From Callorhinchus milii (lineage: Eukaryota): a stretch of DNA of 64,000 bases. Position 1 is the first letter of the stretch. Each line of letters begins with the position of its first letter. The stretch lies in contig NW_024704743.1 of assembly GCF_018977255.1 (NCBI RefSeq), positions 93,622,001 to 93,686,000 of the forward strand, written 5' to 3'. Shown piece after piece: positions 48,408 to 61,560 of this stretch. Under the pieces are notes generated by a model. It saw nothing but the letters and a program-made list of their open reading frames with translations, was not told where the DNA came from and ran no database searches. The position numbers and the translations under genes are program-made.

Positions 48408-51400
48408 AACTAAGCCAGGTGTCCCATTTGATGCATGGAAATGATAAACTTTTCAAATGTTCACTAAAGTGTTAAAAAGTCCTATGTGGCTCATGGCTGG
48501 GTGGACAATTAAACAGTTGATCAATTAATCTTGAAGTCCTTCATGCAAAGGTGATAAGATTTATTGTGTACACATTTATGGAGACGACATGCTACTACTT
48601 TAACTGGTGGCTGATGTGTTCCTAATAGTTTGAAGACAACTGCTTGCGTTTTGAATGGTGATTTCATTACTGTGGGCTGAATAATGGGTGATAATGGCCT
48701 TTTGTCTATGGAACTGATTGCTGCCTATCTGAATTCATTGTCTGGTGTTTGATTTCTGGGAGTTAGCTTCACTGGTACATTCAGCAAATACGATTGTTAA
48801 TCTTTCCTATTGCAATCCATTTTCTTCAACTATATATTATGGGCTTACTTCAAAGCCAGTCTACATTAAAGCGAAATGCATCTGCCACTTGGCCAAGGTA
48901 CCAGATGGCACTTCTGGAATCATATCCTGTAAGGGGTGGTGGGGAGCGGAAGTAATCAAATGCCATTGTTGGAATGGAGTACGCACTCTGTTCCTTAAGG
49001 GGGCATCTCTCTTACCTAATTTCGGAAAGTATTAGGCGTAGGTTGGCAAGAGGCAAGACTTTGGGACCCCAGGGTGTACATTGGGCTATCATTGGAGCCG
49101 AACCAACTAAAACCGCTTAGCTTTCCATGGATAACTCTGCCTGGCAAGCTAGGACCATTCCCACCATTAGGGCTTTGGGTTGTAGAGTTAACAGGAGCTT
49201 AGTGGGAGGATTCCCTGCCCCCAGTGACTGATCTGCTCTTCCAAGTCCTGGCGATGAGCCAGGTTGGCTGTGCCCTGGAATACTATTGAACTGCCTGGCC
49301 CAGGAACCGGACTACCAAGATTGCCATAGAAGGCTAACTCGATTCTGTCATTCCATTGCCAAATACGTCACTTTGGAGCCAGTTCAGCTTCAAGGAAACC
49401 CAGCTTCCCCACCCCCCCCCTCCCCCGCCGAGGATATCCACCATCTACAGATGGAGTTTTATTTCCTCTTGCCAATCTGGGGGAAAGATGGTGCAAGAAT
49501 GTTTTCAGCAGTCAAAGGAAACGTAATTACCAGTGGTTGAAAAGCAGGGGGATTGAAGTATAATTAATTGGAATGATATCAGAGTGCTAGCTCAAAGGTC
49601 AGTTTCCTTTGTAATATTTGTAAATGCCTTAATGACACAAGTACAAAGAAATAAGCATCAGAGTCCAAAGACCTCTGGCAATATCATTGACTGTTCTTTA
49701 ATGGAGATCCCGAACTGCCTTAAATCGGCAAGAACTCTCAAGCACTTAAGCCTCATTGTATCATTTTTTGCTCATTAAGCATGGGATCATGTGAGTTGAT
49801 ATTTCAACAAACATCCTTGTTATAAATTTCAATACAAATATACAACTTTCTGGATCTTTACAGGCTTCGCACGCCTACAGGTAACCTCTTTATCCCACCT
49901 GTTTCAATCCCTTTTCTCCCACAAGCTAGGTGCCGTAGATAGCTGTATGCAAGTTATATTGTTGTGTGAAGCACTTTGGCACATACTTCTGATGTGAAAG
50001 GCACTATATGAATGTAAATTCTTGTTGCTGTTGCTGTTGTTGCTGTAGCACCAAATGCCTGGTACAATTACCTACAAAAACAGGCAGTCTCCCTGGTGCT
50101 CATGCATTGAAACTCCTCCTGGACCTCTCCATCCAGGGCCTGGAATTGAAGCTCAGTGCAAACCATGTTAAGACTGGGGGGAAGAGTTTTCTCCAATTGG
50201 TTCAGCGCTCAGGTCTTGGGATTTTCTACAACTATTCAAATATTTCATACCCACTTAAACCACCTGCACACATTACCACTGGTGAAGAGTGGTGCACTGC
50301 TTTTCATGCTTCCCTTGATAGCATTTCTATCTAGTAAATTCTCTGTTGTACAGACATTTGAGTGTACAGTCTTTGCTTAATCAGAAGTTAGTTATGTGAT
50401 GGATGATGAGTGTCTGCCCTGGTTATATCCTGGTACAATTTCTACCAGTTTTTCTGTGCTCTCAGCAACTGTTGAATGCAAAATACATTATGTGTTGTGA
50501 TAATTATCCTGGGTGTCCCAGTCCCAAAACAGCCACTGAGCGAACTACTACAACTAATAATAATAATCCTTGCCTTATCACATCTTCGAGACGTCTCAAA
50601 GCGCTTCACAGATTATACTGTAAAGTGAATTGACTGTATATTTTGTGGGTTAAAGTGACAGCCAATTGCACACAGCAGTGCCGACAACAAGGCACAGGTC
50701 CCACAGTTTCAGTGTCCAATCAGGGAATGGCAACTTAACTTTAAAAAGCACGCAGGACCTCTTCAACACAGGGTAACAAAGTTGTAAAAGTTACTTATCA
50801 AGGAATAGACATGGGGAAGAAGTTACCAGTGAATGTCATGGAAATGAATGAACGTTAAAAATGAATTCAAATGGCAAATGGACACAGTTCTGGAGAGAGG
50901 AGATTGAGAGATACAATGAAAAGGTGGGAGAGGGGTAAGATTGTTGGGTGTAAAGGGCTTTTCTTGTTTCTATGATTTCTTATGTAGACACCAGTTTTAA
51001 TTTTGTGAGATATTTTGTCATTAAAGTCTCCAGTTGCATTTATTATGAAAACCACCTGCATTTTCGTTGTGTAAATAATAAAAAGAGAGCAGCAACCCTG
51101 GAAAACCCTTAACGTAGGTTCCTGGCTCATTCAGAAAATATTTTATAATGTGGGAAAGGAGTGAAAAAGTAGCTTGAAGAAAAAGTAAAGAGACTGAAAT
51201 GGAAAAGTAGCCCATTTATTTTTAAAGTATCAAATTAATTAATTACAATATTAATTTTGACCAATATTGTATATTGGTCAAGCATTTTGCAAACATAAAA
51301 GGAGTAATTGCAGTTATTGAATATGAGCTAACTAATTTGTTCAAAATAATCAAACATGTAGTTAGCAGAACATGTCTTTTGTTCCAATCGTTTAACCCAC

Positions 51401-51470
51401 AAAATATACAATCAATCCAATTTACAATATATCCTGTGAAGCGCTTTGAGGTGTCTCGATGACATGATAA

Positions 51471-52603
51471 GGTGTCCCTCAGGGCTCTGTCCTCGGTCCT
51501 CTCCTCTTCACCCTCTATATGCTCCCCCTTGGTGACATCATCTGCAGACATGGAGTTAACTTCCACATGTATGCGGATGACACCCAACTCTACCTTTCCT
51601 CCTCTACTCTCAACTCCACGACCACCGATGTCCTGACAGCTGCCTGTCCGACATCGAGTCCTGGACAAGAGACAACTTTCTTCAGCTCAACGTGCGCAAA
51701 ACTGAGGCCCTCCTGATTGGCTCACGTCAGCGCCTCCGCACCTCAGGCGCTGACACCATCAGCATCCAAGGCTGCACTCTCCACCTCTCAAAGCCAGTCA
51801 GGAACCTCGGCGTTTTGTTCGACCCTGAGCTGTCCTTTCTCCCTCACATCCGCACCACAACTGGCACCGCATTCCATCACCTCCGGAATGTCGCCAGACT
51901 ACGCCATTACCTCACCCCTCACGCTGCTGAAACCCTGGTTCACGCCTTTGTCACCTCAAGGCTGGACTACGGGAACTCTCTCCTCGCCGGCCTTCCCGGC
52001 ACCTCCCTCCACAAGCTGCAGGTCATTCAGAACTCTGCAGCTCGTGTACTGTCCCGCACCAGGCTTCGGGACCACATCACTCCCACCCTCGCTCGCCTCC
52101 ACTGGCTCCCCATCCCCCAGAGGATTGATTCCAAGATCCTCATCCTCACCTACAAGGCCATTCACAGCCTTGCTCCCTCCTACCTCTCCAACCTACTATC
52201 CCCCTACCTACCTGCCCGCACCCTCCGTTCCCCTGGCTCCGGTCTGCTCCACATCCCCCGCCCCAACCGCCCTACCATCGGTGGTCGGGCCTTCAGCCTC
52301 TCAGCCCCCAGGCTCTGGAACTCCATCCCCCAGTGCCTTCGCCGCCTCCTCCCTTTCCTCCTTCAAGGCCGGTCTCAAAACCTTTCTCTTTGACCGTGCC
52401 TTCAGCTCCCCTCTCGACTCTCTTCCCCCTCCTCGCTCCCTCCCTTCCCTCCCCTCACCCTGACCATTTCCCCCTCCTCTCTCCCTCCTTTCCCTCCCCT
52501 CATCCTGACCATTTCCCCCTGCTCGGGTCATGACCCAACTGTGCAGCGCCTTGGGACGTCCTCCTGACGTGAAAGGCGCTTTATAAATGGAATCTTGTTG
52601 TTG
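51471..52603 (+). mobile_element. Young 5'-truncated L2, copy B, inserted in a SINE tail
   Basis: [14 protein letters not shown] 51692..52393; SINE tail resumes tatatcaaatgcaagga; ~45-bp tandem duplication in the 3' UTR at ~52427-52518. Confidence 0.93.
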
Positions 52604-54993
52604 TATATCAAATGCAAGGATTATTATTATTATTAAATAGATTGTGTAACTGCTAATAGTGTTGAAATTATTGGAAATCTTGTGCAGGTACAAAAAATGT
52701 TTCCTGTTGTCTAATGGTTTAATTGTACATTTTCAAGGGTTTCACAAATATTTTACAAATGGATTCAAAGTATTTGCTGACAAATTTGTCAACCTTGGAC
52801 CTTCTACAGTTTTACATTTGGAACAAATTAGTTTTACTTCGGTCTTTTTCACTCTGTAAAGCGTATTATCAAATGTCAAGTGGCCATGCACACTTTATGT
52901 GAATAGATCAAAGGTCCTATATTTGCACCGCCCATGTGGTTGCATGTTGGGGATTTGTTTTAATACAATGCCAGGATTTGAAGCTTTCAAGCTTGGAAAC
53001 AGAACACTGAAATTAAGGGCTGTGGGAACACACAATTGTGACTGTAGGGGATGGGGGGGTGGGGGAGATGCAATTCTTTCTTGCATGTAGATAGCCATTT
53101 ATTTATTTAAGCTATTTATTTCTACATTCTTGAACCATTGAAATAATCACTAACTTGTGTGGGAGCTGAACTCCTCCCTGCTTTCTGCTCCAAAGACACA
53201 CTCTGATTCTTCAGAGCATGTTTCAGATCCTTCCTCCACGCCACTTTGACACTACTTTTCCCACATTTGTGTAATAAATTCCTTCCCGTAAAATCATAGA
53301 ATTATCATAAAAATATACAGCACAGAAAGAGGTCATGAGGTCCATTGTGTCTGTGCCGGCTCTTTGAAAAGAGCTATCCAAATCAATCCCAATCCCTGCT
53401 TTCCCCATGGCCCTGCAAACTTGTCCTCCCCAAATAATTATCTACTTCTCTCTTAAAAGTTGTTATTAAATCGGCTTCCACCACCCTTTCAGGCATTGCA
53501 TTCCAGATCCGAACAACTCGCTGAGTGAAAAAAGTTCTCCTCACCTCCCGTCTGCTTCTTTTAACAACTATTTTAAATCGGTGTCCTTGGGTTACCGACC
53601 CACTCACTAGTGGAAATAGTTCTACTGGTTCACCCTATCGAATCCCCTCATAAATTTGAAAACTTCTATTAAGTCTCCTCTTAACCTTCTCCTCTCCAAG
53701 GAGTATAATCCTAGCTTCTCTAGCCTCTCCTCACAACTGAAGTCCATCATTCCTGATACCATCCTGGTAAATCGACTTTGCACCATCTCCAATGCCTTGA
53801 TATACTTCCTAAAGTGTGGTGCCCAGAACTGAACATAGTACTACAAATGAGACTTAACCAGTTTTTTATAAAGTTTCATCATAACTTCCTGACTTTTGTA
53901 TTCTATGCCCCTATTTATAAAGCCTAGTATCCCATACGCTTTTTTAAAACAGCTTTATCTGTCTGTCCTGCCACCTTCAAAGATTTACATATATGAACCC
54001 CCAGGTCCCTCTATTCCTTCACCCACTTTAAAATTGTACCATCAGCTTATATTGCCTTTCCTCGTTCTTCCTCTCAAAATGCATCACTTCGCATTTCTCC
54101 ACATTAAACTTCATCTGCCACACGTCTGCCCATTTTACCAGTCTGTCTATGTCCTCTTTCAGTCTGCTATTATCCTCCTCACCATTTACTACTCTTCCGA
54201 GCTTAGTATCATCTACAAACTTGGAAATTGTACTCCCTATACCCAAGACCAGGTCATTTATATAGATCAAAAACAGCAGCGGTCCCATTACCGATCCCTG
54301 GGGGACACCACTGCACCTTCCAGTTAGAAAAACAACCATTCAACCAGTTCTCTCCATGCTGCCACTGTCCTTTTAATACTGTGGGCTTCTATTCTACTTA
54401 CAAGTCTTTTATGTGGCACTTTATCAAACACCTTTTGAAAATCCATATAAACTACATCAACTGCACTACCTTCATCCACCCTCTCTGTTACTTCATCAAA
54501 AAACTCTATCAGATTTTTTAGACATGATTTGCTTTAACAAATCCGTGTTGGCTGTCCTTTATTAACCCATATTTTTCTAAGTGAACATTTATTTTGTCCC
54601 GGATTATAGTCTCGAGAAGTTTCCCCACTGCTGACATTAGGCGGACTGGCCTGTAGTTCCTGGGTTTATCTTTCTGCCCCCTTTTGTACAGGGGAGTAAC
54701 ATCTGCAACCCTCCAGTCCTCTGGTACCACCCTAGTGTCCAAAGAGGATTGAAAGATTGTGGCCAAAGCCTCCGTTATTTCCACCCTTACTTCCCTCAGT
54801 AACCTAGGATGCATCCCGTTCGGATCGGATGACTCATCTACTTTGAGCCCCGTCAATCTTTTTAGTACTTCCTCTCTGTTTATTCTTATCTTATCCAATT
54901 TCTCTACTTGTCCAATTTATTCTCCTCTGATACTGTGGCATTGGCTGCATCCTCATCTTTTGTGAAGACAAGAAGCAAAGTACTCATTCAGTA

Positions 54994-55208
54994 ACAAAAC
55001 ACAAAATACTGCAGATGCTGGAAATCTGAAACAAAAACCAGAGAGAGCTGGGAAAACTCAGCAGGTCAGGTAGCATCAAAGCGCTTTGAGACATCGAGAA
55101 GATGTGAAAAGAGCTATATCAAATGCAAAGATTATTATTATTATCTATGAAGAAAGGAAAGTGAGTCAACATTTCGGGTCCATGACCCTGTGTCAGAACT
55201 GTTTTTGT
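54994..55208 (-). mobile_element. Penelope-like pLTR fragment (SINE tail nested at ~55078-55143)
   Basis: aaatactgcagatgctggaaatctgaaac...ctcagcaggtcagg...tttcgggtccatgaccc...tcagaact; 13-bp TSD TACTCATTCAGTA / TACTTACTCAGTA. Confidence 0.7.
55164..55200 (-). ncRNA. Decayed minimal type I hammerhead ribozyme motif
   Basis: rc: AGTT-CTGAcac-A-GGGTC-atg-GACCC-GAAA-tg-TT-GACT; stems I and II intact, CUGANGA core mutated. Confidence 0.55.
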
Positions 55209-55656
55209 TACTTACTCAGTATGTAATCCATGCCCTCTGCCTCCAAAAGAATATTTCCTCTTTCTGTTTTATTTTAATCCCAATTTCCTTAGTCTCCCAG
55301 GGAGGTTTGGATGCCTTACCTTTCCCCTCTGTGGGAATGTATTTGTTTTGTCTCGAACTATCTCCTCCTTGAAGGCTACCCATTACTTGTTAGCTGTTTT
55401 ACCTGCCAATCTTTCTTTCCAGTCCACCTTGGATAGTTCACTTTTTAAGTCACTGAAATTAGCCCTCTTCCTGTTGAGTATCTTCACCTCTTATTGTTCC
55501 TTATCCTTTTCCATAAGTACTCTAAACCTAATGATGTTGTGCTCACTGTTGTCCAGATGCTCTCCTACTGAAACCTGCTCCACTTGCTCCATTTCATTCC
55601 CCAGACCTAGATCCAGCACTGGTTCCTTCCTAGTTGGGCTGGAAACATACTGATCC

Positions 55657-57987
55657 AACAACAACAACAAAATTACATTTATAAAGCACTTTTCATGTCG
55701 GGAGGACGTCCCAAGGCACTGAACAGTTGGGAATCAGGACCCGAGTGTGGGGGGCAGGGTTATAATAATCCTTGTATTTTGATGTAGCGTTTTTCACATC
55801 TTCTAGACATCTCAAAGCGCTTCGCAGAATATACTGTAAAGTAAATTGATTGTATTTTTGTGGACGAAATGTGGTAGCCAATTGCGCAGAGCAGTGTCCC
55901 ACAAACAGTTGTGGATTGAAGTTGAAGTGACCAAATTATTATTTGTTTTTTTTCTTGAGGGATTATTATCAGGTATGTGGAATAAGGAAACTTACGCAAG
56001 GTTTCGCCCTGTCAGGAATCAAAGCCAGGTCTGTCGCTTGCGAGGCGAGTGTTCTAACCACTAAGCAACAGAACTTCAGGGTTGATAGGGGTTCAGCAGG
56101 TCAGAGATGTAGGAAGCGGCAAGGCTGTGGAGGGCCTTGAAAGTGAGGATGAGGATTTTGAATTCTATCCTCTGAGGGATGGGGAGGCAGTGGAACCAGA
56201 GGAGGATGGGGGTGATGGGGTCACAGAGCCTGGTGCAGGAGAGGACACAAGCTTCAGTGTTCTGGGTGATCTGCAGCTTGTGGAGGGAAGAGTTGGGGAG
56301 GCCGACAAGGAGGGAGTTTCCGTAATTGAGCCTTGAGGTGACGAATGCATGTATGAGGGTTTCAGCGGCCTGAGGGGTGAGGCAGTGGCGAAGTTGGACA
56401 ATGTTGCAGAGGTGGGGAAAGGCAGAGCGGGTCATGGCACGGATATGGGGGAGAAAGTACAGTTGAGGATCGAGTAAGATGCCTAGGTTCCTAACTGGCT
56501 TGGTGAGGTGAAGTGTGCATCCGTGGATGCTAATGCTGCCAGTGCCTGAGGTGCAGAGGCGCTGGTGTGAGCCAATCAGGAGGGCCTTGATTTTGCTGAC
56601 ATTCAGCTGTCTCATCCAGGACTTGATGTCTGAAGACAGTCTGTCAGGACATGAGTTGTTCTGCAATCGAGGATGGAGGCAGAGAGATAGAGTTGGGTGT
56701 CATCCACGTACATGTGAAAGTTGACCCCATGTCTACAGATGATGTCACCAAGGGGGAGAATGTAGAGATTGAAGAGTAGGGGACAGAGGACAGAGCCCTG
56801 AGGAACACTGTACGAGACTCTGCGAGGGCTGGAAGAGAAACCGTTGGTGGAGACACATTGGAGACGGTGTGAGAGATAAGACCTGAGCCATTCAAGGACA
56901 GAACCTTGAAGGTTGCGGTGAGAGGAGAGATGAAACAGGAGAGTGGAGGATGATGGAGTGGTCCATGTGTTGAAGGCAGCAGAATAGTTGGAGGGGCTCA
57001 TGAAGGAAGTGGTAGGAGAGGAAGGAGCAAAGCTGAGAAGCAACAACTCTTTCAAGGACCTTGGAAAGAAAATGGAGGTTAGCGATGGCCCAGTAGTTAG
57101 AAAGCAGGAATGGGTCCAGGAAAGGTTTTTTCAGGATGGGGTTGATTATAGCTGTTTTTATGGGGATGGGAACAGCGTCAGATGATAGGGAGAGATTGAT
57201 GGTGTTGGAGAGTAGAGGGGAAGGTGGTGTGTTTCATGCTGGATATGGTGGTGAAGAGAGAGAAGGGGGAGGCAGGCTTGAAGATGTGGAGAGTGGGGAA
57301 GGATAGGGGTCCGAGTGTGGGAAAGCGTTGGGGAGGGAGTGGCAGTTGGGAAGGCGGAGGCAGCTGAACAGATCCCCTCAATTTTGGACTTGACGAAATC
57401 CAGCATCTCCTCACATTCAGAGTTTGAGGAGAGAATGGGCGAGGCGTTGGAAGGTGGAAGGAAAAGCCGGTTGGTGGTGGAGAAGAGGAGCCTCGGGTTG
57501 TCCTTTGCCTCCAAGATTATCTTGGAGTAGAAGGATGATTTGGTGGAGATGAGGATGGAATTGGACGTTTTGATATGGTTCAGCCAGATCTGCCAGTGGA
57601 CCATTAGATCAGATTTGAGCCAGGTGCATTTGGCGGCCCGCACCTGACCCTTGAAGGAGAGGGAAAGTGGTTTGTGTATCAGGGTGACGTTTGTGAGTAG
57701 CAGGCATTTCAGGAGGTAAAGGGGGCAAGGGCATCAAGAGCCGTGGAGAGGGAGTTGTGGAGGAGAGTGAGCAAAGGGTATAATTCAGTGCGGTAGGTAG
57801 GCCAGGGAGCGGGAGAGGGATTGCGGGCAGATTTTTTCCAGAGGTGGTAAGAGATGCAGGTGGGTTTGGTAATGGTGGGGAGAGGGATTGAGGAGTTATA
57901 AAGAGATGAAATGGTGATCGGAGATGGCTTTGTCTATAATTTGGAGGTCCGTGACACTGAGGCCCTGGGTAATCACCAGGTGAGTAA
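55657..57987 (-). mobile_element. Long L2 fragment (endonuclease C-terminus to tail) nested in the CR1
   Basis: ISDHHFI motif; [22 protein letters not shown]; (CAA)n tail; splits CR1 QDNFL|DQYV. Confidence 0.9.
55762..56076 (-). mobile_element. Older copy of the tRNA-Ala-headed SINE nested in L2
   Basis: Diverged rc match, head to (TAA)n. Confidence 0.82.
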
Positions 57988-59464
57988 CCAGAAAGTTATC
58001 CTGCACACATTTCAGGAATCCTTCCCCCTCCTTGCCCTTTACACTGTTATTTTGCCATGTTAGGATAATCAAAGCCCCCATTATCACTTTGGTTTTGCAT
58101 ATTCCTGAGATCTGCTTGCAGATTTGCTCATCTACTCCTTCCCACTATTTTGTGGTCTAGAGTATACGCCTAACAAAGTAACAAATTCCTTTTCTGCTCT
58201 TTAACTCTAACCAAATAGATTCTATTTTGGACCCTATAGCACACATCAACCCTTTCCGGGGTCATTACCATGTCTTTAATTAATATTGCCACCGACTCCC
58301 AGCTCCCATTCCTGCCCTTGTTTGAGCCAAGTCTTTGTTGTTGCCACTACATCATAACTCCATGTGGCAATTTGAACCTGCAACTCACCAATCTTATTTG
58401 TCACACTCCGTGTATTTACGCACATGCACTCCGAGCCCAACTTAGTTTGCTCTGCATTCCTAGTCTGCTCTGCATCCGTCTAATCCCTCCTTTTTCTGGA
58501 CTACTCCTTATTGCATTGCTATTTGTCTCTCCCAGTCCTCTATGTAACTCGTTTCTCCTCTCTGTTGCTACATACTGATTCTTTTCCCCTCTCAAAATTA
58601 AACCCTTTCCCACAGGACCAGTTAACCTCTCTTCAAGGATATTGGTCCCAGTCCTGTTCAGGTGTAAAACCCATCCACCTTGTACAGGTCCCACCTGCCC
58701 CAGAACTGGTCACAATGTTCCAGGAACCTGAAGCCCTCTTTCTGCACCATTTGCCATGCATTCATGTGTTTGCCATGCACTCAGGGTTGCAGAAGAGTGT
58801 TTTTCTGTATTCGCGACGGAGGAGATAGACCTTCTGTGTACACACACTTTCTTTTCTTCTTCTATCTTGAAATCCTGTCTCAACTCCACCTAATTAAACA
58901 CACCAATAGGCACCTCCCCCCTCCCACCCCCACCACCGCTTGCTGTGGGGTCCCTGCCCTACTCACACCACTATTGGCAGGATATTGATTAAAAAATGGA
59001 GAATTGTTCTTTTCATTAAAACCCCACCTTAATAGAACCAAAACGTACAAATTAGACAAGTTTAATTTATTCAATCACATTCAATCTCAAGGATCTAGCA
59101 TAAAACTAACTTACAAATATGATCTTTGTATTCAGCGTGAACTGTTCAGAGTGCTACCAGCCTGGGGCTTATATGTGGAAACCTTAAATGAATTGCTGTG
59201 ACACAAACAACTTTTCACTCGAGTTAACAAAATAACAGTCAAGAGTTACAACAGCTGACTAGTCAACTGACTGTGAGTAAAGAAATGCATTCTAACTTCT
59301 GTGACAATCGACCCAAGCAATTACATATGATGTTTAAATAACATTCAACACTCCTGAGATCCAGTGCTCAGCGGTAATATTACTCACCTCAATGGGGTTA
59401 TTTTGTTCCCATTACTAAGTGTGTTTATAATGGGAATTCCCATTATAAGGACCCATTGAAAGAT

Positions 59465-59806
59465 TGAATTCCCAGGCAGGGCAATACGTTGGGCATTTTT
59501 CCTTACTCCACGTGTCTCTGTTTACCTAGCAGTAAGTAGGAACCCAGTTGTTAGTTGATTTGTGGATCGCTTTTCCGGGGGTAATAATCCCTTCAAAAAA
59601 TAAATAATTTTTTCTTTTTTAAATAATAAATTGGTCACTCAATCCACTCCTGTTTGTGGGACACTGTTGCGCACAATTGGCTGCCGCGCTTCGCCCACAG
59701 TACATGCAATCAATTCACTTTACAGTATATTCTGTGAAGTGCTTTGAGGTGTTTAGAAGATGTGATAAAACGTCATATCAAATGCAAGGATTTTTATTAT
59801 TATTAT
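59465..59806 (+). mobile_element. Long-form SINE (5'-truncated)
   Basis: Same B-box-downstream sequence and tail as the young SINE, plus ~70 bp extra gtttacctagcagtaagtaggaacccagttgttag... Confidence 0.8.
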
Positions 59807-60139
59807 AAACTTCATTGAGCAAAAAGAGAACAACCTCAGTTATGTCTTTGAGAGCACCAATGCAATGTTATAAACTCATTCCCCATGTTCCACTGCACAA
59901 GCAAAATAGCATGCAAGTTTTGAAACTGTATTTCAGTGAGGTTATTGAATAACATGAATTCCCTACACTTGACAAACTTTTTTAACCATGTATTTTATTA
60001 AAATTACTACTTATCTCTTGTAAAACTAATTACTGAATTTCACGTTTCTTTTCCAATTTGTTTCCCCCAATAACTGCCCTGTCCTGAAGGCAGTAACTTA
60101 TATCAGGGTACAGTTCAATGGGCACCAGCTTATATATTA

Positions 60140-60348
60140 ATAGGTCCTTTCTCCTCACTTGCCTCCTTCAAGGCATGTCTCAAAACCCTCCTCTTTGACC
60201 GTGCCTTTAGCTACCCTCCTACCCTCCACTCTCTCTGATCCTACCCCAACACCCTTCCACTCAAGTCCAAACCCCTGACTGTCCAGTGCCTTGGTACATC
60301 CTCCTGACATGAAAGGTGCTATACAAATGTAATTTTGTTTTGTGTTGT
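60140..60348 (+). mobile_element. L2 3' end
   Basis: cttgcctccttcaaggc...aaaccctcctctttgaccgtgcc; tail. Confidence 0.8.
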
Positions 60349-60944
60349 ATATTGCAACCATTGAGCCAAGGCAGTGTATGTCAACCACCTTTTGGCAATG
60401 GGGTTACCATAGATACCATTCTCATTGAATTTCTCTTTTGATCAGCCAAGTGTCTGATACATGTGGAAACCCATCACTATCCTTAAACATATCTGAACAA
60501 GACTGAGAGTTCCACAAATGTATGCCATGCACACATGGCAAGTCCCCTGTGTCTGGAATGCATACTCTCTCCCTGGAGGGATGCATCCTGTTTACCTAAT
60601 TCCAGAAAATACTAGGCGTAGGTTGACAAGAGCCATGGCTTCAGACCTCAGAGTGTGTGATGGGACACTGCTGGAGTCTAGCCAACTTAAACCTTTGAGA
60701 CACGAATACTTCTCACCCAAATCATTTGGTAACAATTAAGAGCAGGACTCCTGGTGAATCATAAGATAACAAGATAGGTTTGCTATAAAGAAGACCCTTC
60801 TTTTTTCAAATTAGGTGATGGGATCTTTATACCTCAACAAGCAGGCAGGACCTCCGCTCAACATCTCATTTAAAGGACAACATCTCTGCTACTGGATTGG
60901 TGTATAATTTAGAGTATTAACTCAAGTCTCCACATTCCTTCTTT

Positions 60945-61560
60945 GGATAATTGGACCTCCTCCCCCCTCCCTTTTCCTCCAACTGAAAAATGGCTCCTTG
61001 CCCCTCTACTCATAGACATCATAAACCTCTTCCTGTCCACTGGTACTGTTCCCATCCCATTAAAAATGGCAGTCATCACTTCTATCCTTAACAAATCTTC
61101 CCTGGAGCCATGTCTACTTTCAAATTACCACCCCATCTCCAACCTTCCTTTCCTCTCCTAGGTCCTGGAACAAATTGTTGCTTCCCAGCTTCGCTCCCTC
61201 CCAACCCGCCATTCCCTTCATGAACCCTTTCCATTGGGTTTCCGTCTCACCCACAGCACAGAAACATCCCTAGTCAAAGTGACAAATGACATTCTGTCCA
61301 CCTGCGACCAAGGCTCCCTCTGCCTCCTCGTCCTCCTTGACCTCTCTGCTGCCTTCAACACCATCGACCGCTCATCTCATCTCAACCTTCATGGCTCTGT
61401 CCTTGGTTTAAATCATACCTCTCACACCACCTCCTCTTCATCTCCACAAACAGTTTCTCCTCTAGCCTCCAGACCGTCTCGTGCGGCGTTCCTCAGGTAC
61501 TTTGTCCCTTCCTCTTCAATATCTATATGCTCCCTCTTGGTGACATCATCCACAGACATG
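60945..61560 (+). mobile_element. L2 RT fragment
   Basis: NYHPISNLPFLS; GFRLTHSTETSLVKVTND...LLVLLDLSAAFNTID. Confidence 0.85.

Larger units (their letters stand above)
53291..58770 (-). mobile_element. Long, internally deleted CR1 LINE with nested insertions
   Basis: catagaa-type tail at 53291; RT motifs SGVPQGSVMGPLLFLIYINDL, KFVDDTKLG, NYRPVRL, SQHGF; endonuclease-region FLKCVQDNFL; ORF1 esterase-like LHLNRTGTNIL. Confidence 0.9.

Noticed and set aside
48920..49440. Possible large palindromic MITE
   Set aside because: Inverted similarity limited to low-complexity G/C runs; cannot be supported by eye
10421..59806. Recurrent short ORFs (MGKFPYSTRLII..., ...EKRYIKCKDYYYY)
   Set aside because: Translations of SINE copies, not a gene family or CRISPR-like array
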